Position numbers and translations under genes: made by a program
Source: Escherichia coli
GTDB taxonomy: Bacteria; Pseudomonadota; Gammaproteobacteria; Enterobacterales; Enterobacteriaceae
NCBI RefSeq assembly: GCF_016903815.1
Contig: NZ_CP069973.1
Length of the DNA stretch: 64,000 bases
Direction: 5' to 3' (one strand)
In this document: piece by piece, positions 44,542-60,483 of the stretch
Layout: every line of letters starts with the position of its first letter
Position numbering within the stretch: position 1 is the stretch's first letter
Notes under the pieces: generated by a model
The model's database searches: none
The model's input: only the letters and a program-made list of their open reading frames with translations
What the model was told of the DNA's origin: nothing

Positions 44542-45714
44542 TCAGGCCTTATGGTGGAAATAATCACTCAGGCGAGAAAACATGCTGCCTTCCCCGACAG
44601 ATTCCAGGGTAACCAGCGGCCAGTGCGCCACCTGTTTATCACGGTCGTAAAGTTCAATTTCCCCTACCCGCTGATGGGCGCTAATTGGCGCGGTGAGCTC
44701 TTTACCATCAAGGGTATATTTGGCTTTGATATGTGGAATTTCGGCTTTCGGTAGCACCATCCAGAACTCTTGTTCCGTTCCCAGGTCGATATTTTCTTTA
44801 TCGCCATACCAGATGCGTTCCGTTCCGACCTTTTTCCCACGGTGCAAAATTTGCACCGTAGTAAAGTTTTGTTGCCCCCAACGCAGTAATTTTCTTGCCT
44901 CTTCCTCACGACCTTTTGCACTGTCAGCCCCCATTACCACTGCAATGAGACGACGCTGCCCATCTACAGCCGAAGCAATGAGATTAAACCCGGCACCAGA
45001 AGTATGACCCGTTTTCAGGCCGTCAACATTCATGGTTTTATCCCACAACAACCCGTTACGGTTTTGCTGGGTGATACCGTTCCAGGTGAGACTTTTCTCA
45101 CTGTACATATGATAAAACTCGGGCTCGCCGTGGATGATAGCGCGAGAAAGCACAGCTAAATCATAAGCCGAGCTATGCTGGCCAGGTGCATCCAGACCAT
45201 GCACTGTTTCAAAATGCGTATCCTTGAGATGCAGCTTCTCGGCATAGTTGTTCATCATTTCAACAAACTGCCGTTGCCCACCGGCAATATAGTCAGCCAG
45301 AGCAACACAAGCGTCATTTCCGGAATCCACAATTAAACCACGGCTTAAATCACGTACCGATACGCGATCGCCCTCTTTCAAAAACATCAGTGAAGAACCG
45401 ACAAACACCGGATTATCTTTCGCCCACGCATCGCGCCCCACGGTGACAATATCGTCTGGCGTAATGCGATGACTATCGATAGCGCGATCCACGACATAAC
45501 CCGTCATCAGCTTTGTCAGGCTGGCGGGATTGCGCTGTTGATGCTCATTAACCGCGGTGAGGATCTGACCGGTGGTGTAATCCATCAATACCCAGGACCC
45601 GGCATGAATCTCTGGAGGCTGAGGTGAAAAAGGAATGTTTTCCGCCGCAAAACCAGACGATAAGTTAAAAACGAACAAAGAAGCAGCAATAATAAGACGG
45701 CGTTTCAACAGCAA
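44542..45714 (-). CDS. dacD: D-alanyl-D-alanine carboxypeptidase DacD (PBP6b)
   Basis: 390 aa; signal peptide; SxxK (ASLTK), SGN (DSGND) and KTG (KTGHT) penicillin-binding motifs. Confidence 0.9.
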   Translation of the reverse strand: MLLKRRLIIAASLFVFNLSSGFAAENIPFSPQPPEIHAGSWVLMDYTTGQILTAVNEHQQRNPASLTKLMTGYVVDRAIDSHRITPDDIVTVGRDAWAKDNPVFVGSSLMFLKEGDRVSVRDLSRGLIVDSGNDACVALADYIAGGQRQFVEMMNNYAEKLHLKDTHFETVHGLDAPGQHSSAYDLAVLSRAIIHGEPEFYHMYSEKSLTWNGITQQNRNGLLWDKTMNVDGLKTGHTSGAGFNLIASAVDGQRRLIAVVMGADSAKGREEEARKLLRWGQQNFTTVQILHRGKKVGTERIWYGDKENIDLGTEQEFWMVLPKAEIPHIKAKYTLDGKELTAPISAHQRVGEIELYDRDKQVAHWPLVTLESVGEGSMFSRLSDYFHHKA

Positions 45715-45916
45715 ACCCTCAGGAGTTTCAAATAGCTGTTCTTTTTACGGAAATACTTATGAACTGGCTGGAATAAAGTGCAAGAAAATGTGACTACCCT
45801 CTCATTTTTATCTGACATGATCTGTTGCCACTCGCTGCCAAATTGTGGCGCTAAAGCTGATTAGCACGGTGATATTTGATACTCTGGCAGACAGCAGAAA
45901 TAACGGATTTAACCTA

Positions 45917-47344
45917 ATGATGAATGACGGTAAGCAACAATCTACCTTTTTGTTTCACGATTACGAAACCTTTGGAACGCACCCCGCGTTAGATCGCCCT
46001 GCACAGTTCGCAGCCATTCGCACTGATAACGAATTCAATGTAATCGGCGAACCCGAAGTCTTTTACTGCAAGCCCGCGGATGACTATTTACCCCAGCCTG
46101 GAGCAGTATTAATTACCGGTATTACCCCGCAGGAAGCACGGGCGAAAGGAGAAAACGAAGCCACGTTTGCCGCCCGTATTCACTCGCTTTTTACCGTACC
46201 GAAGACCTGTATTCTGGGCTACAACAATGTGCGTTTCGACGACGAAGTCACACGCAACGTTTTTTATCGTAATTTCTACGATCCTTACGCCTGGAGCTGG
46301 CAGCATGATAACTCGCGCTGGGATTTACTGGATGTTATGCGTGCCTGTTATGCCCTGCGCCCGGAAGGAATAAACTGGCCTGAAAATGATGACGGTCTAC
46401 CGAGCTTTCGCCTTGAGCATTTAACCAAAGCGAATGGTATTGAACATAGCAACGCCCACGATGCGATGGCTGATGTGTACGCCACTATTGCGATGGCGAA
46501 ACTGGTAAAAACGCGTCAGCCACGTCTGTTTGATTATCTCTTTACCCATCGTAATAAACACAAACTGATGGCGTTGATTGATGTTCCGCAGATGAAACCC
46601 CTGGTTCACGTTTCCGGAATGTTTGGGGCATGGCGTGGCAATACCAGCTGGGTGGCACCGCTGGCGTGGCATCCTGAAAATCGCAATGTCGTAATTATGG
46701 TGGATTTGGCAGGAGACATTTCGCCATTACTGGAGCTGGATAGCGACACATTGCGCGAGCGTTTATATACCGCAAAAGCCGATCTTGGCGATAACGCCGC
46801 CGTTCCGGTTAAGCTGGTGCACATCAATAAATGTCCGGTACTGGCCCAGGCGAATACGCTACGCCCGGAAGATGCCGACCGACTGGGAATTAATCGTCAG
46901 CATTGCCTCGATAACCTAAAAATTCTGCGTGAAAATCCGCAAGTGCGTGAAAAAGTGGTGGCGATATTCGCGGAAGCCGAACCGTTTACGCCTTCAGATA
47001 ACGTGGATGCACAGCTTTATAACGGCTTTTTCAGTGACGCCGATCGTGCAGCAATGAAAATTGTGCTGGAAACCGAGCCGCGTAATTTACCGGCACTGGA
47101 TATCACTTTTGTTGATAAACGAATTGAAAAACTGTTGTTCAATTATCGGGCGCGCAACTTCCCGGGGACGCTGGATTATGCCGAGCAGCAACGCTGGCTT
47201 GAGCACCGCCGCCAGGTCTTCACGCCAGAGTTTTTGCAGGGCTACGCTGATGAATTGCAGATGCTGGCACAACAGTATGCCGATGACAAAGAGAAAGTGG
47301 CGCTGTTAAAAGCGCTTTGGCAGTACGCGGAAGAGATCGTCTAA
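45917..47344 (+). CDS. sbcB: Exodeoxyribonuclease I
   Basis: Start at MMNDGKQQSTFLFHDYETFGTHPALDRPAQFAAIRTD (DEDDh exonuclease motif); 475 aa. Confidence 0.9.
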   Translation: MMNDGKQQSTFLFHDYETFGTHPALDRPAQFAAIRTDNEFNVIGEPEVFYCKPADDYLPQPGAVLITGITPQEARAKGENEATFAARIHSLFTVPKTCILGYNNVRFDDEVTRNVFYRNFYDPYAWSWQHDNSRWDLLDVMRACYALRPEGINWPENDDGLPSFRLEHLTKANGIEHSNAHDAMADVYATIAMAKLVKTRQPRLFDYLFTHRNKHKLMALIDVPQMKPLVHVSGMFGAWRGNTSWVAPLAWHPENRNVVIMVDLAGDISPLLELDSDTLRERLYTAKADLGDNAAVPVKLVHINKCPVLAQANTLRPEDADRLGINRQHCLDNLKILRENPQVREKVVAIFAEAEPFTPSDNVDAQLYNGFFSDADRAAMKIVLETEPRNLPALDITFVDKRIEKLLFNYRARNFPGTLDYAEQQRWLEHRRQVFTPEFLQGYADELQMLAQQYADDKEKVALLKALWQYAEEIV

Positions 47345-47386
47345 TTTGAAGCCTCCGCCGCTGGTACGGCGGAGGACAATGTTGAG

Positions 47387-47614
47387 TCAGGCTTTTTGAA
47401 CGGTGATGCTCCACGCTGCATCGCCAATCTGCTGATAATCGGTGATGGCATGTCCTTCTTCTGCCGCCCACTGTGGGATTGCTTCAGTTGCCTGGGTGCA
47501 ATCAAACTCAATTACCAACTCATCGCCGCTGGCCATTTCTGCCAGTGCTGCTTTTGCTTCTATGAGTGGAAACGGACAGACCTGCGTCACCACATCCAGC
47601 TTTTTAATCGCCAT
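47387..47614 (-). CDS. yeeD: TusA-like sulfur carrier protein YeeD
   Basis: 75 aa with CPxP motif (VCPFPLIEAK). Confidence 0.88.
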   Translation of the reverse strand: MAIKKLDVVTQVCPFPLIEAKAALAEMASGDELVIEFDCTQATEAIPQWAAEEGHAITDYQQIGDAAWSITVQKA

Positions 47615-47627
47615 CTTTACACCTTAC

Positions 47628-48686
47628 TTAATTTGCCGCAGCAGTTGCCAGTCGCGCCTTACGCTGCGGTCGAACATACACAAGCCAGGACGCAGTCCAG
47701 ACTCCGAGAATCATAAATACAAGGCCAATCCAGCCCTGCCAGGTCATCATTGCAGTCATGACCAGTCCATTACCGATAGAGCAACCACCTGCAATGCTGG
47801 CACCGAAGCCCATCAGTACACCACCTAACCCGCTACGTAATGTTGTTTGTGCATCAGCAGCGCGAACGCGGAACTCACGGCTCGCTTTGGCGGCAATAAA
47901 TGACCCCACGAAGATCCCTAACACCAGGAAAACGCCCCAGTTAATGTATTTCACGTCACCCGCGACCAGAAATTGCAGAATATTGGCCGTTGGGGAAGTG
48001 ATGCCTAACCCAAACATACGTCCGGTTGCTTCACTCAGGGGCCAGGCTAAAAGCGCAATCAAACCGATGAGTACAGCTGTGACAAAGGGATGCCAGCGTT
48101 TTTCAAACAGAATATGAGCGATCCCGGTTCGGCGCGGCGGTAAGGTCGCGACTTTGAGTTTTGGCTTCTTCAACTCTTTCATCACCACCCAGAGCGTTAT
48201 CACCAGCAAAACGGCAACCAACGGCCACACAGACAAATTAAAAGTATCAGCAATAGAGTTATGTTCAGTAGTGTAGTGCTGCAAGGTTTGATTTAAACCA
48301 CTGGCGTGTGGAGAACGCATCACCGCACTCATCACCATATAAGTGAAAAGCGCGATCCAACTGCCGATCAATCCCTCACCCGCGCGATACCAGGTCCCGG
48401 TGGCACATCCACCCGCCAGAACAATTCCCAGCCCGAAAAGATACCCACCTATAACAGTACCAAGCCACGGGAACGCCCCGGCTTCGTAAGTCAGTAGGCC
48501 CGCCTGAATTAACGCAAAAACCCCCACGCTTTGTACCGAAATTGCAATCAGCAAGGCGTAAAACATGCGATTATTTTTCGCGATATACATATCGCGAAAA
48601 CCACCTGTCAGGCAAAAACGCCCACGCTGCATGACAAATCCCAGCAGAGCACCACAAATTAGCCCGCTTAATATCATTGAAAACAT
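47628..48686 (-). CDS. yeeE: YeeE/YedE-family thiosulfate transporter
   Basis: 352 aa polytopic membrane protein; conserved pairing with yeeD. Confidence 0.88.
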   Translation of the reverse strand: MFSMILSGLICGALLGFVMQRGRFCLTGGFRDMYIAKNNRMFYALLIAISVQSVGVFALIQAGLLTYEAGAFPWLGTVIGGYLFGLGIVLAGGCATGTWYRAGEGLIGSWIALFTYMVMSAVMRSPHASGLNQTLQHYTTEHNSIADTFNLSVWPLVAVLLVITLWVVMKELKKPKLKVATLPPRRTGIAHILFEKRWHPFVTAVLIGLIALLAWPLSEATGRMFGLGITSPTANILQFLVAGDVKYINWGVFLVLGIFVGSFIAAKASREFRVRAADAQTTLRSGLGGVLMGFGASIAGGCSIGNGLVMTAMMTWQGWIGLVFMILGVWTASWLVYVRPQRKARLATAAAN

Positions 48687-48864
48687 AAATTAATTAACCA
48701 GATGAATGTTAATGAGGAAATTATTCATGACTGGTGGAATGCAGACCAATAACCAAATTCTCTAAATTAGAACAAATGGTTATTAATGAGGATTTCGATA
48801 AAAAAGAATAAAAAAACCGGAGCCAAATATTCATTCGACTCCGGTTGATTATTAGAAAAGATGA

Positions 48865-50223
48865 TTATGCTACGTCTTCGTACTGCGGAACCGGGTTACG
48901 GAAGCTCTTGGTGACGCAAGCCAGGTAAATCAGGCCGATAGCCGCCCAGATCAGACCCAGAACCATTGAGCTTTCTTCCAGGTTAACCCACAGCGCACCA
49001 ACGGTCAGCGCACCACACATCGGCAGGAACAGATACTGGAAGTGATCTTTCAGCGTCTTGTTACGCTTCTCACGGATCCAGAACTGCGAGATGACCGACA
49101 GGTTAACGAAGGTGAACGCCACCAACGCACCAAAGTTGATCAGCGCCGTAGCCATTACCAGGTCGAAGTTGATTGCCAGCAGGGCAATCGCGCCAACCAG
49201 GATGATGTTCATTGCCGGAGTACGCCATTTCGGGTGAACATAACCGAAGAAGCTTTTCGGGAATACGCCGTCACGCCCCATTACGTACATCAGACGCGCA
49301 ACGCCTGCATGCGCCGCCATACCGGACGCCAGTACGGTAATGGTGGAGAAGATCAGCGCACCAACCTGGAATGCTTTACCTGCAACATACAGCATGATTT
49401 CAGGCTGTGACGCATCCGGATCTTTAAAGCGAGAGATATCCGGGAAGTACAGCTGCAGGAAGTAAGTTGCAAAGATGAAGATCATGCCGCCAATCAGCGC
49501 GGTCAGGAAAATCGCACGCGGGATCACGCGCTCTGCATCTTTGGTTTCTTCCGACAGGTTGCTGATGCCGTCAAAGCCGGTAAAGGAGAAGCACAGGATT
49601 GTCGCCCCGGTAATCATCGGGATAACATGCGCATCGCCAGACCAGAACGGACGAGTGCTCGCCAGCGTACCAGCGCCTTCACCTTCAAATACGCCATAAA
49701 CAACCATGCCCAGAATCACCGCGATCAGCACTACCTGCAACACGACGATTACAGTGTTGAAGTTCGCTACGGATTTCAGACTACGCAGGTTAAAGGCGGT
49801 CATAAAGGCCACCAGCGCCACCACAAACATCCACGATGGGATGGAAGGCACCAGAGCTTCAAAATAGATTTTCGCCAGCAGAATGTTGATCATCGGCGCG
49901 AACAGATAGTCGAGCAGAGAAGACCAACCCACCATAAAGCCGACAGTCGGGCTAATGGATTTCTGGGCGTAAGTGTATGCAGAGCCAGCAGAAGGATAGC
50001 GGCGAACCAGCTTCCCGTAGCTCAGAGCCGTAAACAGGATCGCAATCAATGCGAACGCATAGGCTGTCGGCACATGACCATCCGTGAGGCCTGAAACGAT
50101 ACCAAAAGTATCAAACAGCGTCATCGGCTGCATATAGGCAAGACCCATCATTACAACCGGAACTAACGTAAGCGTTTTACGCAATTCCACGCGAGAGGTG
50201 TTTGGAGTAACGTTATGCGACAT
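48865..50223 (-). CDS. plaP: Putrescine importer PlaP (APC family)
   Basis: Amino acid-polyamine permease-like ORF; start taken at [16 protein letters not shown]. Confidence 0.88.
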   Translation of the reverse strand: MSHNVTPNTSRVELRKTLTLVPVVMMGLAYMQPMTLFDTFGIVSGLTDGHVPTAYAFALIAILFTALSYGKLVRRYPSAGSAYTYAQKSISPTVGFMVGWSSLLDYLFAPMINILLAKIYFEALVPSIPSWMFVVALVAFMTAFNLRSLKSVANFNTVIVVLQVVLIAVILGMVVYGVFEGEGAGTLASTRPFWSGDAHVIPMITGATILCFSFTGFDGISNLSEETKDAERVIPRAIFLTALIGGMIFIFATYFLQLYFPDISRFKDPDASQPEIMLYVAGKAFQVGALIFSTITVLASGMAAHAGVARLMYVMGRDGVFPKSFFGYVHPKWRTPAMNIILVGAIALLAINFDLVMATALINFGALVAFTFVNLSVISQFWIREKRNKTLKDHFQYLFLPMCGALTVGALWVNLEESSMVLGLIWAAIGLIYLACVTKSFRNPVPQYEDVA

Positions 50224-50489
50224 GGTCATTCTCCTTTACGGTGATAACCGTCGCGTAAGCAAAAAATTGCCCCATTTTTTTGGATTCCTCAGCGACAACA
50301 ACTGTCGATTTTTAGTAAATATCTATCCGGTACGAAGCCCGGCCTCTTGGTATGAATGATTGGTTTGAAGCAAAAAATAACCGACGCTGATGAAACGTCG
50401 GTTTTTAGTCATTTTTTGACAGCGGCGCATTGTGCCTAAATGGGGGGGAAATGACAAGAGAATGAGAGGCTTGTCATAATAATTTTTCT

Positions 50490-51419
50490 TTAAATGGCTG
50501 ATTTTCCGTCATCAGATTTTGCATAAACACCGGCGATCGCACTATTTGCTAAAATTTCATCTCGCCACCAGCCGCTGGCAAGCCCTGCGGTCTGTTCGTT
50601 CCAGCCAATCCAGACGGGTTCAAAGAGAGTTTGGGCGACTACTTTCTTCTCGATTAACGCGCCACTATCGAGAAAACGTTGCGCCAGATAACGGGGTAAA
50701 TAGCCGCAGCCAAGGCCGCTAATTTGCAGCTCCAGCTTGGTTTTAAAATCGAAAACGGTAATGGCTTCTTGTTCGTCGAGAAGTTGTGAGGCCGTAGAAG
50801 CGCCGGCCTGTGCAGTGTCCCCCACCACAATCGCCCGATATCGTTTAATGATACGACGGTTTAACGGTTCTTCTTCTAGGGCTAACGGATGATGAGGCGC
50901 GACCGCAAAGACTTGTTCCAGATCGCCCAACCGCGAGAAACCAAACTCACTGGAAGATGGTGGCTCATGCATCGCGCCAACAATAATATCCGCTCGCCCC
51001 TGAGTCAGGGCATCCCAGGAACCACCGAGTACGCCATTGATAAACTTCAGGCGCGTCACGCTATGATGTTGATAAAAAGCTTCAATCAGTGGCGCAAGCA
51101 GAGAAAAAGGAAACGTGTCGTCCACGCCAATCACCAGCTCGTTTTCCCAGCCTTCATGCAGTTTGATCGCCTGCTTTTCCAGTTCTCGCACGGTATGCAG
51201 AACTTCCCGCCCTTTCTCTAATAACATTTTTCCGGTATGGGTGAATTTAGCGCGGTGACCGCTACGATCAAGCAATTGAATATTAAGGTCGCTTTCCAGC
51301 TTGTGAACGGTGTAACTCAGAGCGGACGGCGTCTTATAGAGTTTGGCCGACGCCGCCGCAAAACTGCCTTCTTTTTCTAAGGCATCGAGGATCATCAACA
51401 CATCCAGCAGTGGTTTCAT
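50490..51419 (-). CDS. yeeY: LysR-family transcriptional regulator YeeY
   Basis: N-terminal HTH (FAAASAKLYKTPSALSYTVHKLE); start taken at MKPLLDVL. Confidence 0.85.
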   Translation of the reverse strand: MKPLLDVLMILDALEKEGSFAAASAKLYKTPSALSYTVHKLESDLNIQLLDRSGHRAKFTHTGKMLLEKGREVLHTVRELEKQAIKLHEGWENELVIGVDDTFPFSLLAPLIEAFYQHHSVTRLKFINGVLGGSWDALTQGRADIIVGAMHEPPSSSEFGFSRLGDLEQVFAVAPHHPLALEEEPLNRRIIKRYRAIVVGDTAQAGASTASQLLDEQEAITVFDFKTKLELQISGLGCGYLPRYLAQRFLDSGALIEKKVVAQTLFEPVWIGWNEQTAGLASGWWRDEILANSAIAGVYAKSDDGKSAI

Positions 51420-51464
51420 ACACGCCCCCTTGCAGTGCATGCGGCGTCCTGCTGGCGTGATCGT

Positions 51465-52289
51465 TTACTCCAGCGGCATTACCAGCGGATCGGGATACTG
51501 GTATTCAAATCCCAGTTCATTACAAATCCGACTGCCATCAATAATCTTACCTTTGCCGCTGTCCAGACTATTTCTGAACTGCGGAGGCTCCAGCCCCAGT
51601 AAACGGGCCATCTGCGGATAGAAAACATTACGCGCAGGGTGAGCTGGCGCACATATATTATAGATGTGTCCGCCTTTAGGTGCCTGTAACAACAGAGTGA
51701 TAGCGCCAATAACATCTTCTAAATGGACTAAATTAACACCATGTTCACCATCAGGCGCGGTTTTTCCGGCAAAGAAGCGTCCGGGATGACGTCCCGGTCC
51801 GACCAGCCCCGCAAGACGCAGAATATCGACCGAAGTACCGGGTAAATTGTGCAGCCAGTCTTCGAGTTCTTCTAATACTCGTCCACTGTTGGTTACCGGA
51901 TTACGCGGGGTAGTTTCTTTCACCGTGCCTTGCGCGTCGCCATAGACAGATGTTGAGCTGGTAAAAATAATGCGGGGAATACGATGGGCCAGCGCGCTAT
52001 CCACTAACTCTTGTACCGCTTGTAAATAGAACTCATCGCCGGGGCCGCTACGACGTGCCGGAAGCGTAATGACCAGCGCATCGACATCCATCAGGGCATC
52101 CAGATCGTCAGAATCGCAAACTAACTCAGGCTCCATGCGAAGCAGATAGCTATCAATGCCACTCATTCGGGCCGCTTCGACACCATCTTGTGTGGTTTTA
52201 CTCCCGGTGACTTGCCAGCCTCGCGCTGAAAGTGACATCGCCAGCGGCATGCCTAACCACCCTAACCCGACAATTGCGACCTTTTTCAT
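51465..52289 (-). CDS. yeeZ: NAD(P)-dependent epimerase/dehydratase-family protein YeeZ
   Basis: 274 aa; Rossmann motif MKKVAIVGLGWLG. Confidence 0.85.
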   Translation of the reverse strand: MKKVAIVGLGWLGMPLAMSLSARGWQVTGSKTTQDGVEAARMSGIDSYLLRMEPELVCDSDDLDALMDVDALVITLPARRSGPGDEFYLQAVQELVDSALAHRIPRIIFTSSTSVYGDAQGTVKETTPRNPVTNSGRVLEELEDWLHNLPGTSVDILRLAGLVGPGRHPGRFFAGKTAPDGEHGVNLVHLEDVIGAITLLLQAPKGGHIYNICAPAHPARNVFYPQMARLLGLEPPQFRNSLDSGKGKIIDGSRICNELGFEYQYPDPLVMPLE

Positions 52290-52371
52290 CCGTTATCTCC
52301 TGATACACCTTAGATCTATAAGGCTACGCTAGCGTATCAAAACTGACAATTCATTCTATGAATGAATCTGT

Positions 52372-52626
52372 TCAATAATGATAACGACATGCTGCAATGA
52401 GCAGTGAATCGTCGGTAACCGCGTATACCAGACGGTGCTCCTCTGTAATGCGTCGGGACCAGAAACCTGACAAATTATGTTTCAGGGGTTCTGGCTTCCC
52501 CTTACCTTCAAATGGCGTTCTGCGGGTATCTTTGATAAGTTCATTGATCTTTTTAACAATTCGCTTATCTGTTTCCTGCCAGTACAGATAATCATCCCAT
52601 GATTCCTCAGACCAGATTAGTTTCAC
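52372..52626 (-). CDS. yoeB: Type II toxin YoeB (ribosome-dependent mRNA interferase)
   Basis: 84 aa [33 protein letters not shown]...; overlaps yefM by 4 bp. Confidence 0.9.
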
Positions 52627-52874
52627 TCAATAATGTCCTTTTCTGTTCCTTTGCCTGATTTCAGGCTATCGATTGAGTCCATCAATCTCCGGGCGTTAGC
52701 GGGGGAGCGCAGTAGATAAGCCGTCTCTTCCAGCGAGTTGTATTCTTCGAGTGACATCAGAACACAAGCCTCTCCATTCTGACGAGTAATAAGGATCGGG
52801 GCATGATCTTCAACGGCTTTCATCATTGTTGCCGACAAATTCTGACGCGCTTCGCTGTAGCTAATTGTACGCAT
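52623..52874 (-). CDS. yefM: Type II antitoxin YefM
   Basis: Start at [34 protein letters not shown] (83 aa). Confidence 0.9.
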
Positions 52875-53088
52875 GTCAATCTCCTCTTTTGTACAGTTCA
52901 TTGTACAATGATGGGCGTTAATTAACTATTTATTAATTAGTTTGTAGATCAAGGTATTGTCAGTGAGACGAAAATCCAGGCTTCGCTATTTTTGGTGCCG
53001 TCAGCTTAGAGGACAGTCCTCTTAGCCCTCTCCTTTCCCCGCTCATTCATTAAACAAATCCATTGCCATAAAATATATAAAAAAGCCC

Positions 53089-53118
53089 TTGCTTTCTAAC
53101 GTGAAACTGGTTTAGGTT
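53089..53118 (+). promoter_or_regulatory. Candidate sigma70 promoter of the his operon
   Basis: TTGCTT (-35-like, 53089-53094) and TAGGTT (-10-like, 53113-53118) with 18-bp spacer, ~40 bp upstream of hisL; assigned by eye. Confidence 0.35.
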
Positions 53119-53156
53119 AAAAGACATCAGTTGAATAAACATTCACAGAGACTTTT

Positions 53157-53207
53157 ATGACACGCGTTCAATTTAAACACCACCATCATCACCATCATCC
53201 TGACTAG
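53157..53207 (+). CDS. hisL: his operon leader peptide
   Basis: ATG ACA CGC GTT CAA TTT AAA then seven consecutive His codons, CCT GAC TAG (MTRVQFKHHHHHHHPD). Confidence 0.9.
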   Translation: MTRVQFKHHHHHHHPD

Positions 53208-53270
53208 TCTTTCAGGCGATGTGTGCTGGAAGACATTCAGATCTTCCAGTGGTGCATGAACGCATGAGAA

Positions 53271-53306
53271 AGCCCCCGGAAGATCACCTTCCGGGGGCTT
53301 TTTTAT
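53271..53306 (+). terminator. his attenuator (rho-independent terminator)
   Basis: GC-rich hairpin agcccccggaag ... cttccgggggct followed by TTTTTT, between hisL and hisG. Confidence 0.8.
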
Positions 53307-53352
53307 TGCGCGATTGATAACGGTTCAGACAGGTTTAAAGAGGAATAAGAAA

Positions 53353-54252
53353 ATGACAGACAACACTCGTTTACGCATAGCTATGCAGAAATCCGGCCGT
53401 TTAAGTGATGACTCACGTGAATTGCTGGCGCGCTGTGGCATTAAAATCAATCTTCACACCCAGCGCCTGATCGCGATGGCAGAAAACATGCCGATTGATA
53501 TTCTGCGCGTGCGTGACGACGACATTCCCGGTCTGGTAATGGACGGCGTGGTAGATCTTGGGATTATCGGCGAAAACGTGCTGGAAGAAGAGCTGCTTAA
53601 CCGCTGCGCCCAGGGTGAAGATCCGCGCTACTTTACCCTGCGTCGTCTGGATTTCGGCGGCTGCCGCCTTTCGCTGGCAACGCCGGTTGATGAAGCCTGG
53701 GACGGCCCGCTATCCTTAAACGGTAAACGTATCGCCACCTCTTATCCTCACCTGCTCAAGCGTTATCTTGACCAGAAAGGCATCTCTTTTAAATCCTGCT
53801 TACTGAACGGTTCTGTTGAAGTCGCCCCGCGTGCCGGACTGGCGGATGCGATTTGCGATCTGGTTTCCACCGGTGCCACGCTGGAAGCTAACGGCCTGCG
53901 CGAAGTCGAAGTTATCTACCGCTCGAAAGCCTGCCTGATCCAGCGCGATGGCGAAATGGAAGAATCTAAACAGCAACTGATCGACAAACTGCTGACCCGT
54001 ATTCAGGGTGTGATCCAGGCGCGCGAATCAAAATACATCATGATGCACGCACCGACCGAACGTCTGGATGAAGTCATCGCCCTGCTGCCAGGTGCCGAAC
54101 GCCCAACTATTCTACCGCTGGCGGGTGATCAACAGCGCGTAGCGATGCACATGGTCAGTAGCGAAACCCTGTTCTGGGAAACGATGGAAAAACTGAAAGC
54201 GCTGGGTGCCAGTTCAATCCTGGTCCTGCCGATTGAGAAGATGATGGAGTGA
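53353..54252 (+). CDS. hisG: ATP phosphoribosyltransferase
   Basis: Start at [30 protein letters not shown] (299 aa). Confidence 0.92.
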   Translation: MTDNTRLRIAMQKSGRLSDDSRELLARCGIKINLHTQRLIAMAENMPIDILRVRDDDIPGLVMDGVVDLGIIGENVLEEELLNRCAQGEDPRYFTLRRLDFGGCRLSLATPVDEAWDGPLSLNGKRIATSYPHLLKRYLDQKGISFKSCLLNGSVEVAPRAGLADAICDLVSTGATLEANGLREVEVIYRSKACLIQRDGEMEESKQQLIDKLLTRIQGVIQARESKYIMMHAPTERLDEVIALLPGAERPTILPLAGDQQRVAMHMVSSETLFWETMEKLKALGASSILVLPIEKMME

Positions 54253-54257
54253 TCGCC

Positions 54258-56628
<2,371 letters not shown>

Positions 56629-56629
<1 letters not shown>

Positions 56630-57695
56630 TGAGTCAGAAGTATCTTTTTATCGATCGCGATGGAACCCTGATTAGCGAACCGCCGAGTGATTTTCAGGTG
56701 GACCGTTTTGACAAACTCGCCTTTGAACCAGGCGTGATCCCGCAGCTGCTGAAGCTGCAAAAAGCGGGCTACAAACTGGTGATGATCACTAATCAGGATG
56801 GTCTGGGAACACAAAGTTTCCCGCAGGCGGATTTCGATGGCCCGCACAACCTGATGATGCAGATCTTCACCTCGCAAGGCGTGCAGTTTGATGAAGTGCT
56901 GATTTGTCCGCACCTGCCCGCCGATGAGTGCGACTGCCGTAAGCCGAAAGTAAAACTGGTAGAGCGTTATCTGGCTGAGCAAGCGATGGACCGTGCCAAC
57001 AGTTATGTGATTGGCGATCGCGCGACCGACATTCAACTGGCGGAAAACATGGGTATTAATGGTTTACGCTACGACCGCGAAATCCTGAACTGGCCGATGA
57101 TTGGCGAGCAACTCACTAAACGAGACCGTTACGCCCATGTAGTGCGCAACACCAAAGAGACGCAAATTGACGTCCAGGTGTGGCTGGATCGCGAAGGTGG
57201 CAGCAAGATTAACACCGGCGTTGGCTTCTTTGATCATATGCTGGATCAGATCGCCACCCACGGCGGTTTCCGCATGGAAATCAACGTCAAAGGCGACCTC
57301 TATATCGACGATCACCACACCGTCGAAGATACCGGCCTGGCGCTGGGCGAAGCGTTAAAAATTGCTCTCGGTGATAAACGCGGTATTTGCCGCTTTGGTT
57401 TTGTGCTGCCGATGGACGAATGCCTTGCCCGCTGCGCGCTGGATATCTCTGGTCGCCCGCACCTGGAATATAAAGCCGAATTTACCTACCAGCGCGTGGG
57501 CGATCTCAGCACCGAGATGATCGAGCACTTCTTCCGTTCGCTCTCTTACACCATGGGCGTGACGCTCCACCTGAAAACCAAAGGTAAAAACGATCACCAC
57601 CGTGTAGAGAGCCTGTTCAAAGCCTTTGGTCGCACCCTGCGCCAGGCCATCCGCGTGGAAGGCGATACCCTGCCCTCGTCGAAAGGAGTGCTGTA

Positions 57696-57696
<1 letters not shown>
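56629..57696 (+). CDS. hisB: Bifunctional histidinol-phosphatase / imidazoleglycerol-phosphate dehydratase
   Basis: [15 protein letters not shown] (HAD phosphatase motif DRDGT) plus C-terminal IGPD domain. Confidence 0.92.
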
Positions 57697-59774
<2,078 letters not shown>

Positions 59775-59781
<7 letters not shown>

Positions 59782-60386
59782 CAGAACAACAACGTCGCGA
59801 ACTGGACTGGGAAAAAACCGACGGACTGATGCCGGTGATTGTGCAACACGCGGTATCCGGCGAAGTGTTAATGCTGGGCTATATGAACCCGGAAGCCTTA
59901 GACAAAACCATCGAAAGCGGCAAAGTCACCTTCTTCTCGCGCACTAAACAGCGACTGTGGACCAAAGGCGAAACGTCGGGCAATTTCCTCAATGTGGTGA
60001 GTATTGCCCCGGACTGCGACAACGACACGTTACTGGTGCTGGCGAATCCCATCGGGCCAACCTGCCACAAAGGCACCAGCAGCTGCTTCGGCGACACCGC
60101 TCACCAGTGGCTGTTCCTGTATCAACTGGAACAATTGCTCGCCGAACGTAAATCTGCCGACCCGGAAACCTCTTACACAGCCAAACTGTATGCCAGCGGC
60201 ACTAAACGCATTGCGCAGAAAGTGGGCGAAGAAGGGGTGGAAACCGCACTGGCAGCGACGGTACATGACCGCTTTGAGCTGACCAACGAGGCATCTGATT
60301 TGATGTATCACCTGCTGGTATTGTTGCAGGATCAGGATCTGGATTTAACGACGGTAATTGAGAACCTGCGTAAACGGCATCAGTGA
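59775..60386 (+). CDS. hisI: Bifunctional phosphoribosyl-AMP cyclohydrolase / phosphoribosyl-ATP pyrophosphatase
   Basis: 203 aa; last gene of the operon. Confidence 0.92.
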
Positions 60387-60427
60387 GTTGCGGGGTAAGC
60401 GGATGCGATATTGTTGTCGCATCCGGC

Positions 60428-60470
60428 AAAAAAAAACGGGCAAGGTGTCACCACCCTGCCCGTTTTCTTT
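60428..60470. terminator. Probable bidirectional terminator between hisI and wzzB
   Basis: A-tract, hairpin acgggcaaggtg ... caccctgcccgt, then T-rich tract; could serve both convergent transcripts. Confidence 0.5.
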
Positions 60471-60483
60471 AAAGCTACAAAGA

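Noticed and set aside
53178..53198. Run of seven consecutive histidine codons that looks like an engineered His-tag
   Set aside because: It is the natural hisL leader peptide (MTRVQFKHHHHHHHPD) followed by the attenuator hairpin and hisG; the context is fully native.
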